This document shows positions 20,108 through 28,415 of a DNA stretch of 64,000 nucleotides, in pieces. Each line of letters opens with the position of its first letter. Positions within the stretch are counted from its first letter, which is position 1. The stretch covers positions 32,001 through 96,000 of the forward strand of contig OZ241867.1 of the NCBI GenBank assembly GCA_965203175.1, written 5' to 3'. The position numbers were made by a program, and so were the translations under genes. A model generated the notes under the pieces. It was not told the origin of the DNA. It did not search any database and worked only from the letters and a program-made list of their open reading frames with translations. This stretch comes from Candidatus Latescibacterota bacterium (GTDB lineage: Bacteria > Latescibacterota > UBA2968 > UBA8231).

Positions 20108-20398
20108 AGCAAGTCGCCTTGGGCCGAGGCGGGCTTGCACCGCGCCTCCAAGCGTGAACATGCCCCATCTCCTTCGGAGAAGGGGAACAGGCGGCCCCCT
20201 CGGGGGCCGGGCCATGTTCAACATTCCCTGCAGAGTGCAGCGATGTTTCTACCTATTCGCCAAGGCAGAAGGGAGCGACCCTTCGCCGGGTATCGGCTAT
20301 TGTATTCAGCAGATGACCCGACTAAGCGGGATCTGCAAGGAATGCTGAACACTCTGAAGATAGGGGGAGATAGCCGCTGGCGACAAGGCAAACTTGCT
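20108..20398 (-). ncRNA. Candidate structured RNA element / long regulatory leader (unassigned family)
   Basis: 20-bp stem 20215-20234 / 20332-20351 whose two mismatches are G-U only on the minus strand; several internal hairpins; alternative pairing 20155-20162 / 20213-20220; imperfect terminal inverted repeats. Confidence 0.5.
20357..20386 (-). promoter_or_regulatory. Putative sigma70 promoter TTGTCG-N18-TATCTT
   Basis: Lies just downstream of a terminator; the predicted start site falls at the first base of the long stem. Confidence 0.4.
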
Positions 20399-20411
20399 TT
20401 GCGATGGGCAC

Positions 20412-20441
20412 AAAAAAAACCAGCCCCGCAAAGGGGCTGGT
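20412..20441 (-). terminator. Rho-independent terminator of the ABC-ABC-DUF1854 operon
   Basis: Minus strand ACCAGCCCC-tttgc-GGGGCTGGT followed by a T run. Confidence 0.88.
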
Positions 20442-20467
20442 CAGCATACTACAACGGCGAGCGCTAG

Positions 20468-20998
20468 TCAGACGACCTGCTCGACTGCTGCTAAACTCTT
20501 CTTGTCCAGTTCGTCGAGGCGCGGAATTTCAAAGCGGTTGCCATCGACATCGGTGATCAGCAGCCGGTGGTCGCCGAGCCATTGGGCGTTTTCCGAGACG
20601 TTCTGGACGACGAACTCGCGCGAACCGCGGTCGGTCTGCACATCCCAATAAGAGGTGCCGTATTCGTTGCGCACCGCATTGACCCGCTGAATCGCCGCCG
20701 TCAAATAGCGGCGGTCCAGCTCCTCCTCGATCAAGGCGCGCGCCTCTAAGTCGAGCTGTTTGAGATCGTCGATCATGCAGATCTCCTCGTCTTTGGCGTC
20801 GAGGAGACAGATATAGCGGGTCGGGTGGGACAGTGGCGCGGCGCGGACGACCTTCACCTTCAGGTACGAGCGGTCGCCGTCGATGGTCAAGCGCAATATC
20901 CAAGCCGGCTCGCGGAAGAGGCGCAGCTTGTCGATTTCGACGTGCTCGGGGTGAGTCACGGAAATCGGGGTAATCGCTAGTTTTTTGTCATCTGTCAT
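20468..20998 (-). CDS. DUF1854 domain-containing protein
   Basis: VRAAPLSHP...EEELDRRYL...YWDVQTDRG...LITDVDGNRFEI signature. Confidence 0.88.
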   Translation of the reverse strand: MTDDKKLAITPISVTHPEHVEIDKLRLFREPAWILRLTIDGDRSYLKVKVVRAAPLSHPTRYICLLDAKDEEICMIDDLKQLDLEARALIEEELDRRYLTAAIQRVNAVRNEYGTSYWDVQTDRGSREFVVQNVSENAQWLGDHRLLITDVDGNRFEIPRLDELDKKSLAAVEQVV

Positions 20999-21012
20999 TG
21001 CGTCTTTCCTCA

Positions 21013-23223
21013 CTAGCCGCTAGTGGCCATCACCGCCGATGTCTCGCGTTGGGTCTTTACCAGATTGTAGAAAATGCCCTCGCGCGCCATCAGTTCCTCG
21101 TGCGTGCCAATTTCGGCTATTTTGCCCGCGTCGAGCACCACGAGACGATCGGCGCTGCGCAGCGTCGAGAGCCGGTGGGCAATGGCGAAGGTCGTGCGGC
21201 CTTTGACCAGCCGCTGAATCGCCTCTTGGATCTTTTTTTCGGTCGGCGTGTCGAGCGACGAAGTCGCCTCGTCTAAGATCAGGATCCTCGGGTCGTGGAG
21301 AATGGCTCGCGCAATGGAAATGCGCTGCTTCTCGCCGCCGGCGAGCTTGTCGCCCTGCTCCCCGACGACCATGTCGTACCCGTCGGGGTGTTTGATGATG
21401 AACTCGTGGGCGTTGGCCGCGCGGGCCGCGCGCAGAATCTCGTCAAACGTGGCACCCGGTTTGCCGTACGCAATGTTTTCGGCAATCGTGCCGTTGAACA
21501 AAAACGACTGCTGGGCCACCATGCCGATCTGCGAGCGCAGGTCGCGCAGGCGAATGTTGCGGATATCGACTCCGTCGATAGCGAGGCGGCCGTGCGAGAC
21601 ATCGTAAAAGCGCGTGATTAGGTTGATCAGCGTGCTCTTGCCCGCCCCGGACTTGCCGACTAGACCGATCATCTCGCCTGGCTGCACCACCAAGTCGAGG
21701 TCGCGCAGAACGATCTTGCCCGGGTCGTAGCCAAAGGCCGCGCCCTCAAAAATGATCTCACCCTTAAGCGCGGGCGCGCGCTGGGCGCTGGGATGGTCAA
21801 ACGGCTCGGAGGGCGCATCGACGATTTCAAAGATGCGCTCGGCACCGGCGAAGGCCCGCACCATGAAGCTGTAGAAATCGCCAAACCACTTGAGCGGGTG
21901 GTAGAGCATCCACAGATAGGCGATAAAGGCCATCAACTCGCCCAGCGACAGGTCGCCGCCAACGATCTGCTGACCGCCGAAATACCACACGAAGAACCCG
22001 CCAAAACTCATGAAGAAGTTGGTCACCATGAAGAAGACCAACCAAGAGCGCTCCGCGCTGACGCTAATTTGGCGCAGGGCGTGGTTGCGCTGATCAAAGC
22101 GCTCGGACTCGCGGTGCTCTTGCGCGAAAGCCTTGACCACGCGGATGCCGGAGATCGATTCGTTGAGATGCGTAGTAAGCCGCGACCAGCGCGCCGACCA
22201 ACGATCCCAGAAGCGCTGCAGGCGATTCCAGATGAGGCTCGAGCCAATGACAATCGGCGGCACTGGGGCCAGCACGTACAGGGTCAACTCCCAGTTCATG
22301 TAGAACAGCAGCCCCAAGATACCGACGATCATCGCGGCATTGGAGACGATATAGGGCATGTCAAAGAGCAGATAGTCTTCGACCATCTCCGAGTCGTTGT
22401 TCATGCGCGAGATCAAGGCACCGACCTTGCGCTTGTCGTAGAAGCGCAGGGGCAGGTACTGGAGTGCTTTGAACAAATCCGTGCGCAAGTGCTCGATGGC
22501 GCGGAAGCCGACCCGGACATTGAGCCAGCGGCGCACCACGCCAACGCACCACTCGACAACGCCAATCACAAAAAGTCCGCCGACCAACCAGTAGAGTAGG
22601 TTGGCTTCCGTGCCGGGAACGAGCACGTCGTCGATGAGATGCTTAACGATATAGGGCGGAGCCAACTCCAAAAGCGAGGATAACACGGTCAGGCCCAACA
22701 ACAAGGCTAGCTGAAACCGATAGGGCAGCATGTAGCCAATGAGGCGCTTAAAGGTATCGAATTTGGCGATGCAGACCGGGCATATCCCGCCTATTTCGGG
22801 CAGGCGGCGCCCGCATTGCTCACAGTGCGTGCGATCCAACTCGTGGGGCAGATTGAGATCCTGGCCCTCTTTGAGCTGTTCGATGCCCTCGGCCACCTCG
22901 GCGAATTTGGGCGCTAGTGAATTGGAGTAGTACAGATGCGTCGGTGCGCCTTCTTCGCGCTCCAATTCCAAGCGCCCACCGCCGACTAGCGCCTCGATGC
23001 GCGCGGATTTGACCGCTTGCAGCGAAAACTCCACGTCGCCGCTCGCGCCGTTGGGATCGAGGACCATCAGGCGCTTCGACGTTACGATCAACCAGCGCTG
23101 CTCAAAGCGATCCTCACCAGCCATATCCGTGGCAACCTGGATCAAGACTGGCTCCTCGCGACTCTTGCGCGAGTGGACTTTGGCCTCGACGGCGTGCGGC
23201 AGATTTTCCAAAAAGGTGGACAT
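21013..23223 (-). CDS. ABC transporter fused permease/ATPase with N-terminal extra domain and CxxC-x10-CxxC
   Basis: GKSGAGKST, LAGGEKQR, ILDEATS, IAHRLST; CEQC...CPVC. Confidence 0.93.
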   Translation of the reverse strand: MSTFLENLPHAVEAKVHSRKSREEPVLIQVATDMAGEDRFEQRWLIVTSKRLMVLDPNGASGDVEFSLQAVKSARIEALVGGGRLELEREEGAPTHLYYSNSLAPKFAEVAEGIEQLKEGQDLNLPHELDRTHCEQCGRRLPEIGGICPVCIAKFDTFKRLIGYMLPYRFQLALLLGLTVLSSLLELAPPYIVKHLIDDVLVPGTEANLLYWLVGGLFVIGVVEWCVGVVRRWLNVRVGFRAIEHLRTDLFKALQYLPLRFYDKRKVGALISRMNNDSEMVEDYLLFDMPYIVSNAAMIVGILGLLFYMNWELTLYVLAPVPPIVIGSSLIWNRLQRFWDRWSARWSRLTTHLNESISGIRVVKAFAQEHRESERFDQRNHALRQISVSAERSWLVFFMVTNFFMSFGGFFVWYFGGQQIVGGDLSLGELMAFIAYLWMLYHPLKWFGDFYSFMVRAFAGAERIFEIVDAPSEPFDHPSAQRAPALKGEIIFEGAAFGYDPGKIVLRDLDLVVQPGEMIGLVGKSGAGKSTLINLITRFYDVSHGRLAIDGVDIRNIRLRDLRSQIGMVAQQSFLFNGTIAENIAYGKPGATFDEILRAARAANAHEFIIKHPDGYDMVVGEQGDKLAGGEKQRISIARAILHDPRILILDEATSSLDTPTEKKIQEAIQRLVKGRTTFAIAHRLSTLRSADRLVVLDAGKIAEIGTHEELMAREGIFYNLVKTQRETSAVMATSG

Positions 23224-23230
23224 GGATGGT

Positions 23231-25459
23231 CTATTCCTTAATGGCGATGATCTCCGCCACCTCTCTTTGCAAATTGACCAACTCGTAAAAGGTCCCCTGC
23301 TTCGCCATTAGCTCCGCGTGCGTCCCCGACTCGACGATGCGACCGTCGTCTAGCACCATCAGCCGGTCGGCGTTGCGCAGAGTCGAAAGGCGGTGGGCAA
23401 TGGCCACGGTGGTGCGCCCCTCGACGAGCCGCTGAATCGCCTCCTGAATCTGCAACTCGGTCTCCACATCGACCGAGGCAGTGGCTTCGTCGAGGATCAA
23501 CACGCGGGGGTTGTGGAGGATAGCGCGGGCAATGGAGACGCGCTGGCGCTCCCCGCCCGAAAGCCCGGCCCCCTTCTCCCCGACTTGGGTCTCATAGCCA
23601 TCGGGCTTGGCCATGATGAAGTTGTGGGCGTTGGCTGCGCGAGCGGCCGCCATGATGTCCGCAAAGGAGGAGCCGGGCCGGCCGTAGCCGATGTTCTCGG
23701 CAATGGTGCCAGAAAAAAGCACCGGCTCCTGTAGCACGATGCCGATCTGCGAGCGCAAGTCGCGCAGGGCGATGTGGCGGATGTCGATCCCGTCGATCGC
23801 AATGGACCCGTAATCGACGTCGTAGAAGCGGGCGATGAGATTGACAGTCGTCGTCTTGCCGACTCCGGACTTGCCCACGAGGCCGATCATCTCGCCCGGC
23901 TGGATGTCCAAGTCAAAATCCTTCAGCACGGGCTTGCTCTTGTCGTAACCAAAGGTGACGCCCTCGAAGCGAATGCCCCCTTTCATCCGCGGCACCCGCT
24001 TTGCGGTCGGGTCCTCGTACGCCTCGGGCTTGGTGTCGATGACCTCGAAGATGCGCTCGGCCCCGGCAAAAGCCCGCGACATCCAAGAATTGACTTGGCC
24101 GAACCACTCCAAGGGGCCGTAAAACAGCCACATATACGAGTAAAAGGCCAACAGCGTGCCCAAGGTCATCTTGCCGCCGAGGACCTGTAGCCCGCCGAGC
24201 AGCCAGACGACCAAGACGCCCAAACCCGTCAAAAACGTGATGGTAGCGAAGAACACGCCGCGATTTACCGCGGTCTTTTCGGCGACTTCGCGCAGCCGGC
24301 CGTTGGGCTTGGCAAAGGCCGCTATTTCCCGGCCCTCTTGGGCAAACGCCTTGACCACGCGGATGCCGGAAAGCGTCTCCACCGTGCGCTCGGTCAGACC
24401 AGACCAGACTTGGCCCCACTTGACGAAAAACCCGCGCAGCCGTCGCCAAAAAATCACTCCCCACAGCATGATCAGCGGCACGGGTATCAACACGTACAGG
24501 CTCAACGACCAACTCATCCAAAACAGAAACCCGAGGATGCCGAAGACCATCAGGCCATTGATGACGATATAGGGCAGGCCATCGACGAGGAAGTCCTGCA
24601 ACATGCCGGCGTCGCGGGTGGCCCGCGAGATGAGGGAGCCGACCTTGCGCTTGTCGTAAAACTGCAAGGACAGCATTTCTAAGCGGCGATAGAGGTTTGA
24701 GCGAATGTCCGCGGTGAGTTGCGCGCCGAGCCAAGTCGCAATCCAGCCGTGGGCCCATTCGGCGACCCACGCCGAGAAGCGGACGCCGACCAAGGCCACG
24801 ACGAACAGACCCAAGAGATGGATGCGCTCGTCAAATCCCGTGGCTTGGCCCTCCACCGGGACCAACACCTCATCGACGATGCGCTTAGTAATCAGCGGTG
24901 GGGCCAGCTCCGCAGCCGTGGTGGCGATGGAGGCAAAGGCCAAGACGCCCGCCTTGAGCTTGTACGGGCCGAGATAGCTGGCGATGCGCTTGAGGGTCGC
25001 CAGTTTTTTGATACACGCCGGACAGATGCCGTTTTTCTCCGGCAAGAGCCGGTCGCAGCGCTCGCAGCGAGTCCGGTCCAAGAGTCCATTGATGGCAAAG
25101 GGCTGACCTTGACGCAACTGCTCCAAGCCCCGCGCCACCTCGGACATTTTTTCGGCCTGCGAGCTGGTGTAGCTCAGCGACAAGGCCGACGCATCCACGC
25201 GCTCAATCTCCAACTGGCCACCGCCGACGAGCGCGGCGGTGCGCACCTCGGCCAGCGCGGCGAGTGGAATATCGACGACCTCGCCCTGAGTGGGTACGAC
25301 GAGAACCCGGCGCGGAGTGGCCACCAGCCACTGGCGACCAAAGCGCCCGTCCGCGGCCAAATCCGTAGAAGCGCGGATTAGCACCTCTTCCTCAGCGGGC
25401 AGGGCGGCGGCAATCCGCGCAGTCGCGGTTGCGTCGGCTGATTCTAGCAGTTTTTGCAC
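23231..25459 (-). CDS. ABC transporter fused permease/ATPase, paralog (probable heterodimer partner)
   Basis: GKSGVGKTT, LSGGERQR, ILDEATA; CERC...CPAC. Confidence 0.93.
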   Translation of the reverse strand: MQKLLESADATATARIAAALPAEEEVLIRASTDLAADGRFGRQWLVATPRRVLVVPTQGEVVDIPLAALAEVRTAALVGGGQLEIERVDASALSLSYTSSQAEKMSEVARGLEQLRQGQPFAINGLLDRTRCERCDRLLPEKNGICPACIKKLATLKRIASYLGPYKLKAGVLAFASIATTAAELAPPLITKRIVDEVLVPVEGQATGFDERIHLLGLFVVALVGVRFSAWVAEWAHGWIATWLGAQLTADIRSNLYRRLEMLSLQFYDKRKVGSLISRATRDAGMLQDFLVDGLPYIVINGLMVFGILGFLFWMSWSLSLYVLIPVPLIMLWGVIFWRRLRGFFVKWGQVWSGLTERTVETLSGIRVVKAFAQEGREIAAFAKPNGRLREVAEKTAVNRGVFFATITFLTGLGVLVVWLLGGLQVLGGKMTLGTLLAFYSYMWLFYGPLEWFGQVNSWMSRAFAGAERIFEVIDTKPEAYEDPTAKRVPRMKGGIRFEGVTFGYDKSKPVLKDFDLDIQPGEMIGLVGKSGVGKTTTVNLIARFYDVDYGSIAIDGIDIRHIALRDLRSQIGIVLQEPVLFSGTIAENIGYGRPGSSFADIMAAARAANAHNFIMAKPDGYETQVGEKGAGLSGGERQRVSIARAILHNPRVLILDEATASVDVETELQIQEAIQRLVEGRTTVAIAHRLSTLRNADRLMVLDDGRIVESGTHAELMAKQGTFYELVNLQREVAEIIAIKE

Positions 25460-25618
25460 TCTTGTGCCTTAGCAAGAAAACTGCGGGAGTAACCCCGCAA
25501 AACAGGTTGACTCAACCTTGAAAAAGCTACTCTTGGCGCTTGGACAATAGCAAGGGGAAACTCCCGGTTGTGGACAATCGCTTTGCCAATCCGCTCTTAT
25601 CCTTACATTATAGGGTCT

Positions 25619-26416
25619 ATGACCGCTATGACCGCAGACCAAAAGACACTGGTGTCCTCGCCTTGCAAAAAGCGCGATCAGCAGCTAGCGCACTACCTCC
25701 GCGACCTAGCCCTGGAGCAGATGCCCGCCGAGGATCTTTTGCGCTGGGCCAGCGAGACCTTTCCCGGCCGGGCCGTACTCAACACCAGCTTCCAGTACAC
25801 CGGCGTGGCGATGATCCACATGGCGACGTCCATGGGGCTGAATTTGCGCTTTGCCACCATCGACACCCTCCGGCTCCATCCCGAGACGTACGCCTTTATG
25901 GAGAAAGTCAAAGCGCGCTACGGCTGCCGCTTCGAGGTTGTCCAGCCCAAGCGCGGCGATGTCGAGCGGATGGTCGCGCGCCACGGCGAGTATTTGTTTT
26001 TCGATTCCAAGGAAAAACAGGAGCACTGCTGCCAAGTGCGGAAGGAATGGCCCAACAACGCGCTGTTGCAGACCGCCGACTGCTGGATTTCGGGACAGCG
26101 CTGGGACCAGTCCGAGCATCGCCAGCAGACGGCCAAGAAGATGGCCTTGATTGACGAGTACAGCACCCGGCGCAAAATACTCAAGCTCAACCCATTGGTC
26201 GATTGGAGCGAAGAGGCGCTGATGGAGTTTACGCGGGCAAACGACTTGCCAGTGCATCCGCTCTACGGCCAAGGCTACCCGAGCTTTGGCTGCATCATTT
26301 GCTCCACCCCGATCCGGCCCGACGAACCCAAGCGCAACGGTCGCTGGCGTTGGTTCAACGAACAAGCCGACGTCGCGGATGACCACAAAGAGTGCGGGCT
26401 GCACTACAACATCTGA
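25619..26416 (+). CDS. cysH: Adenylyl-sulfate (APS)/PAPS reductase, Fe-S type
   Basis: IDTLRL, CCQVRK, KLNPL, GYPSFGCIIC, GRWRW, C-terminal ECGLH; the CC...CxxC motif indicates a [4Fe-4S] APS reductase. Start 25619 or 25628. Confidence 0.92.
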   Translation: MTAMTADQKTLVSSPCKKRDQQLAHYLRDLALEQMPAEDLLRWASETFPGRAVLNTSFQYTGVAMIHMATSMGLNLRFATIDTLRLHPETYAFMEKVKARYGCRFEVVQPKRGDVERMVARHGEYLFFDSKEKQEHCCQVRKEWPNNALLQTADCWISGQRWDQSEHRQQTAKKMALIDEYSTRRKILKLNPLVDWSEEALMEFTRANDLPVHPLYGQGYPSFGCIICSTPIRPDEPKRNGRWRWFNEQADVADDHKECGLHYNI

Positions 26417-26429
26417 GAAAAATCGAGCA

Positions 26430-26780
26430 ATGGCCCCCGCCTTGGAATGGCGCTACCACCGCCCCGGCTGAACGAGCTGCAAGCGCGCACAAGAGTTTCT
26501 TGTGCAAAACAACATTGCCGACGGCATGGTGCAAAGTGCAACTAAAGAACCGGTCGCGGGCACGGCAGCCCTCGCCCTGCTCGAGGACGCGACCGAGTTG
26601 TTCGTCGCCCAAGGGCAGCAGGTACTCCGCTTCGACCTGACGTCGCAGCGGCCCGCGGACGGGGAATTGCTTCAGCTTCTGTTGGGGCGTTCTGGCAAGC
26701 TCCGGGCGCCCGCATTCCGCTGCGGCACGCGCCTAATCGTCGGCTACAACCAAGCACTGCTGCCGCTGGCGTTGGATTAG
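26430..26780 (+). CDS. ArsC/Spx-like thioredoxin-fold selenoprotein (UxxC), TGA recoded
   Basis: MAPALEWRYHRPG-TGA(26469-26471)-TSCKRAQEFL...GRSGKLRAPAFRCGTRLIVGYN, continuous in frame with track ORF 26502-26780; 116 aa. Confidence 0.85.
26487..26505 (+). promoter_or_regulatory. SECIS-like hairpin
   Basis: GCACAAGA-gtt-TCTTGTGC, with a G-containing loop 23 nt after the UGA. Confidence 0.65.
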
Positions 26781-26852
26781 GTGAGTCGCCGCCGAGTCTA
26801 AAAAAGATTTCGTAGATGACCTTCAGCGCATAATGACCATCTACAATTGCGC

Positions 26853-28328
26853 CTATTCCCCCCGAATTGAATTGTGCGGATAGACCCGCTCCCACCCCGC
26901 CGCACCGAACACCTTATTGGCCCACAGAGGGCCACTTTCAGAAGCGTCCACCAAATTGTAGTCGTGCGAGGATTGCACGGAGCGCATGACCTCGCGCCAG
27001 AGTACAGCGTCTAAATGGCGGTATGTAGCCGCGTGCGACGCGGATTCGGCGAGATTGTGCTCTTCTTGGGAATCTTCCTGCAAATCGAAAAGCCCGGTCG
27101 CGCCATTGCCGTACTTCACTAGCTTGTGCCGCCCGTCGTAAGCCATCCAGCCGGATTGCAGGCCGCCGACTAGCATGTCGCGCGGAGAATCTCCGGCCAA
27201 GCCCAAGCCGGGTAGCGGTCTAGCGTCCATGTACTCCGGCACGCCGTGGCCAGACGCGGCTAGCAGGGTAGCAGTGACGTCCGTGAGGCAAACCAAATCG
27301 TCGCGCACCGCACCGGCAGCACCGCCCGGCTGACGCACCATCATGGGCACGTGGCAGCTACCTTCATAGAAGTTGCCCTTGGCGTTTACACCGTGATCCC
27401 CGACCAAGTCGCCGTGGTCTGAAGAGAAGATGACGAGGGTGTTGTCGAGACGGCCGCTTTCCTCCAAGGCCGCGAGGATTTGGCCGACCTCGTGGTCTAT
27501 CTGCAAGATGAGGGCCGAATAGTGGGCGCGCACCGTGCGCTTCTGTTCCTCGGTGTAGGGACCTTCGGTCTCTGGAGTCCATATCGGCGCACCCGGCCGA
27601 GGCCGAGGGTGGATGCCCTCGCGGACATCGCGGTGGATCGGGTCGCCGGGGGCGGGATCGGGAATTTTATCGACATCTACTTTAGCCAGAAATTCCGGCG
27701 TGGGGTCGTAGGGGTCGTGCGGGCCGGGGAAACCCACCATGCAGGCGAAGGGCCGCTCGTCGTCGTACTCGCGGATGAAGCGCGCCGCCTCCTCGCCGAC
27801 GAAGTAATCCCAGTAGCAATCCCAAGGCAAAAGCGACACGCAAGCGCCGCGCTGCTCGTCGTATCCTTCGTGCTCCTTGCCCATGTACTTGCGGTGACCG
27901 CGCTGTTGCAAATAGTGCCAGTAGTCGTCTTGGATGTTGACCCACACCTTGTCCTCGCAGGCGATGCGATGTTGGAAGCCAAAAGAGGCTTCCCACGGGT
28001 AGAAGTGCATCTTGCCAATGGCCGAGGTGAGGTAGCCGTGATCGGTCAACATCTCCGCCCAAGTGCGGATGCCACACGCAGCGTGGTCCGGTCGCAGATG
28101 GTTGCCGTTGGTCAGCACATGGTTGCGCCAGGCGTTGAGGCCAGTCAGCAGCGAACAACGCGCCGGTACGCAGACCGGATGCAAGCTGTAGGCTTGATCG
28201 TAGCGGATGCCCTCGGCGGCAATCCGGTCGATGTTGGGGGTGGAAATGTGGGGGGCACCATAACAACTGAGAAAGTCGTGGCGCATCTGGTCGGGCATGA
28301 TGAACAACAAATTGGGTCGGTCGCTCAT
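26853..28328 (-). CDS. Formylglycine-dependent sulfatase
   Basis: RPNLLFIMPDQ, CVPARCSLLTG (CxPxR), GKMH, PHDPYD, SDHGD. Confidence 0.93.
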   Translation of the reverse strand: MSDRPNLLFIMPDQMRHDFLSCYGAPHISTPNIDRIAAEGIRYDQAYSLHPVCVPARCSLLTGLNAWRNHVLTNGNHLRPDHAACGIRTWAEMLTDHGYLTSAIGKMHFYPWEASFGFQHRIACEDKVWVNIQDDYWHYLQQRGHRKYMGKEHEGYDEQRGACVSLLPWDCYWDYFVGEEAARFIREYDDERPFACMVGFPGPHDPYDPTPEFLAKVDVDKIPDPAPGDPIHRDVREGIHPRPRPGAPIWTPETEGPYTEEQKRTVRAHYSALILQIDHEVGQILAALEESGRLDNTLVIFSSDHGDLVGDHGVNAKGNFYEGSCHVPMMVRQPGGAAGAVRDDLVCLTDVTATLLAASGHGVPEYMDARPLPGLGLAGDSPRDMLVGGLQSGWMAYDGRHKLVKYGNGATGLFDLQEDSQEEHNLAESASHAATYRHLDAVLWREVMRSVQSSHDYNLVDASESGPLWANKVFGAAGWERVYPHNSIRGE

Positions 28329-28415
28329 AATTTTGTTCCATTCTCGTCTCTTGGTGGGCAGGTGAGGGGCTTGCCGAAGGCTTTCGACAAACGAAAGTAA
28401 AAAAGATCGGGCGGT

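Noticed and set aside
20117-20150. tRNA or tRNA-Sec (T-loop-like GGTGCAAGCC followed by ...CCA on the minus strand)
   Set aside because: Only a 4-bp T-stem, with no matching acceptor, D or anticodon arms; kept only as part of the structured element.
20380-20415. c-di-GMP-I riboswitch (GGCAAAC on the plus strand)
   Set aside because: Lacks the GNRA-capped P2 and downstream GCAAAGC consensus, and points into a convergent terminator.
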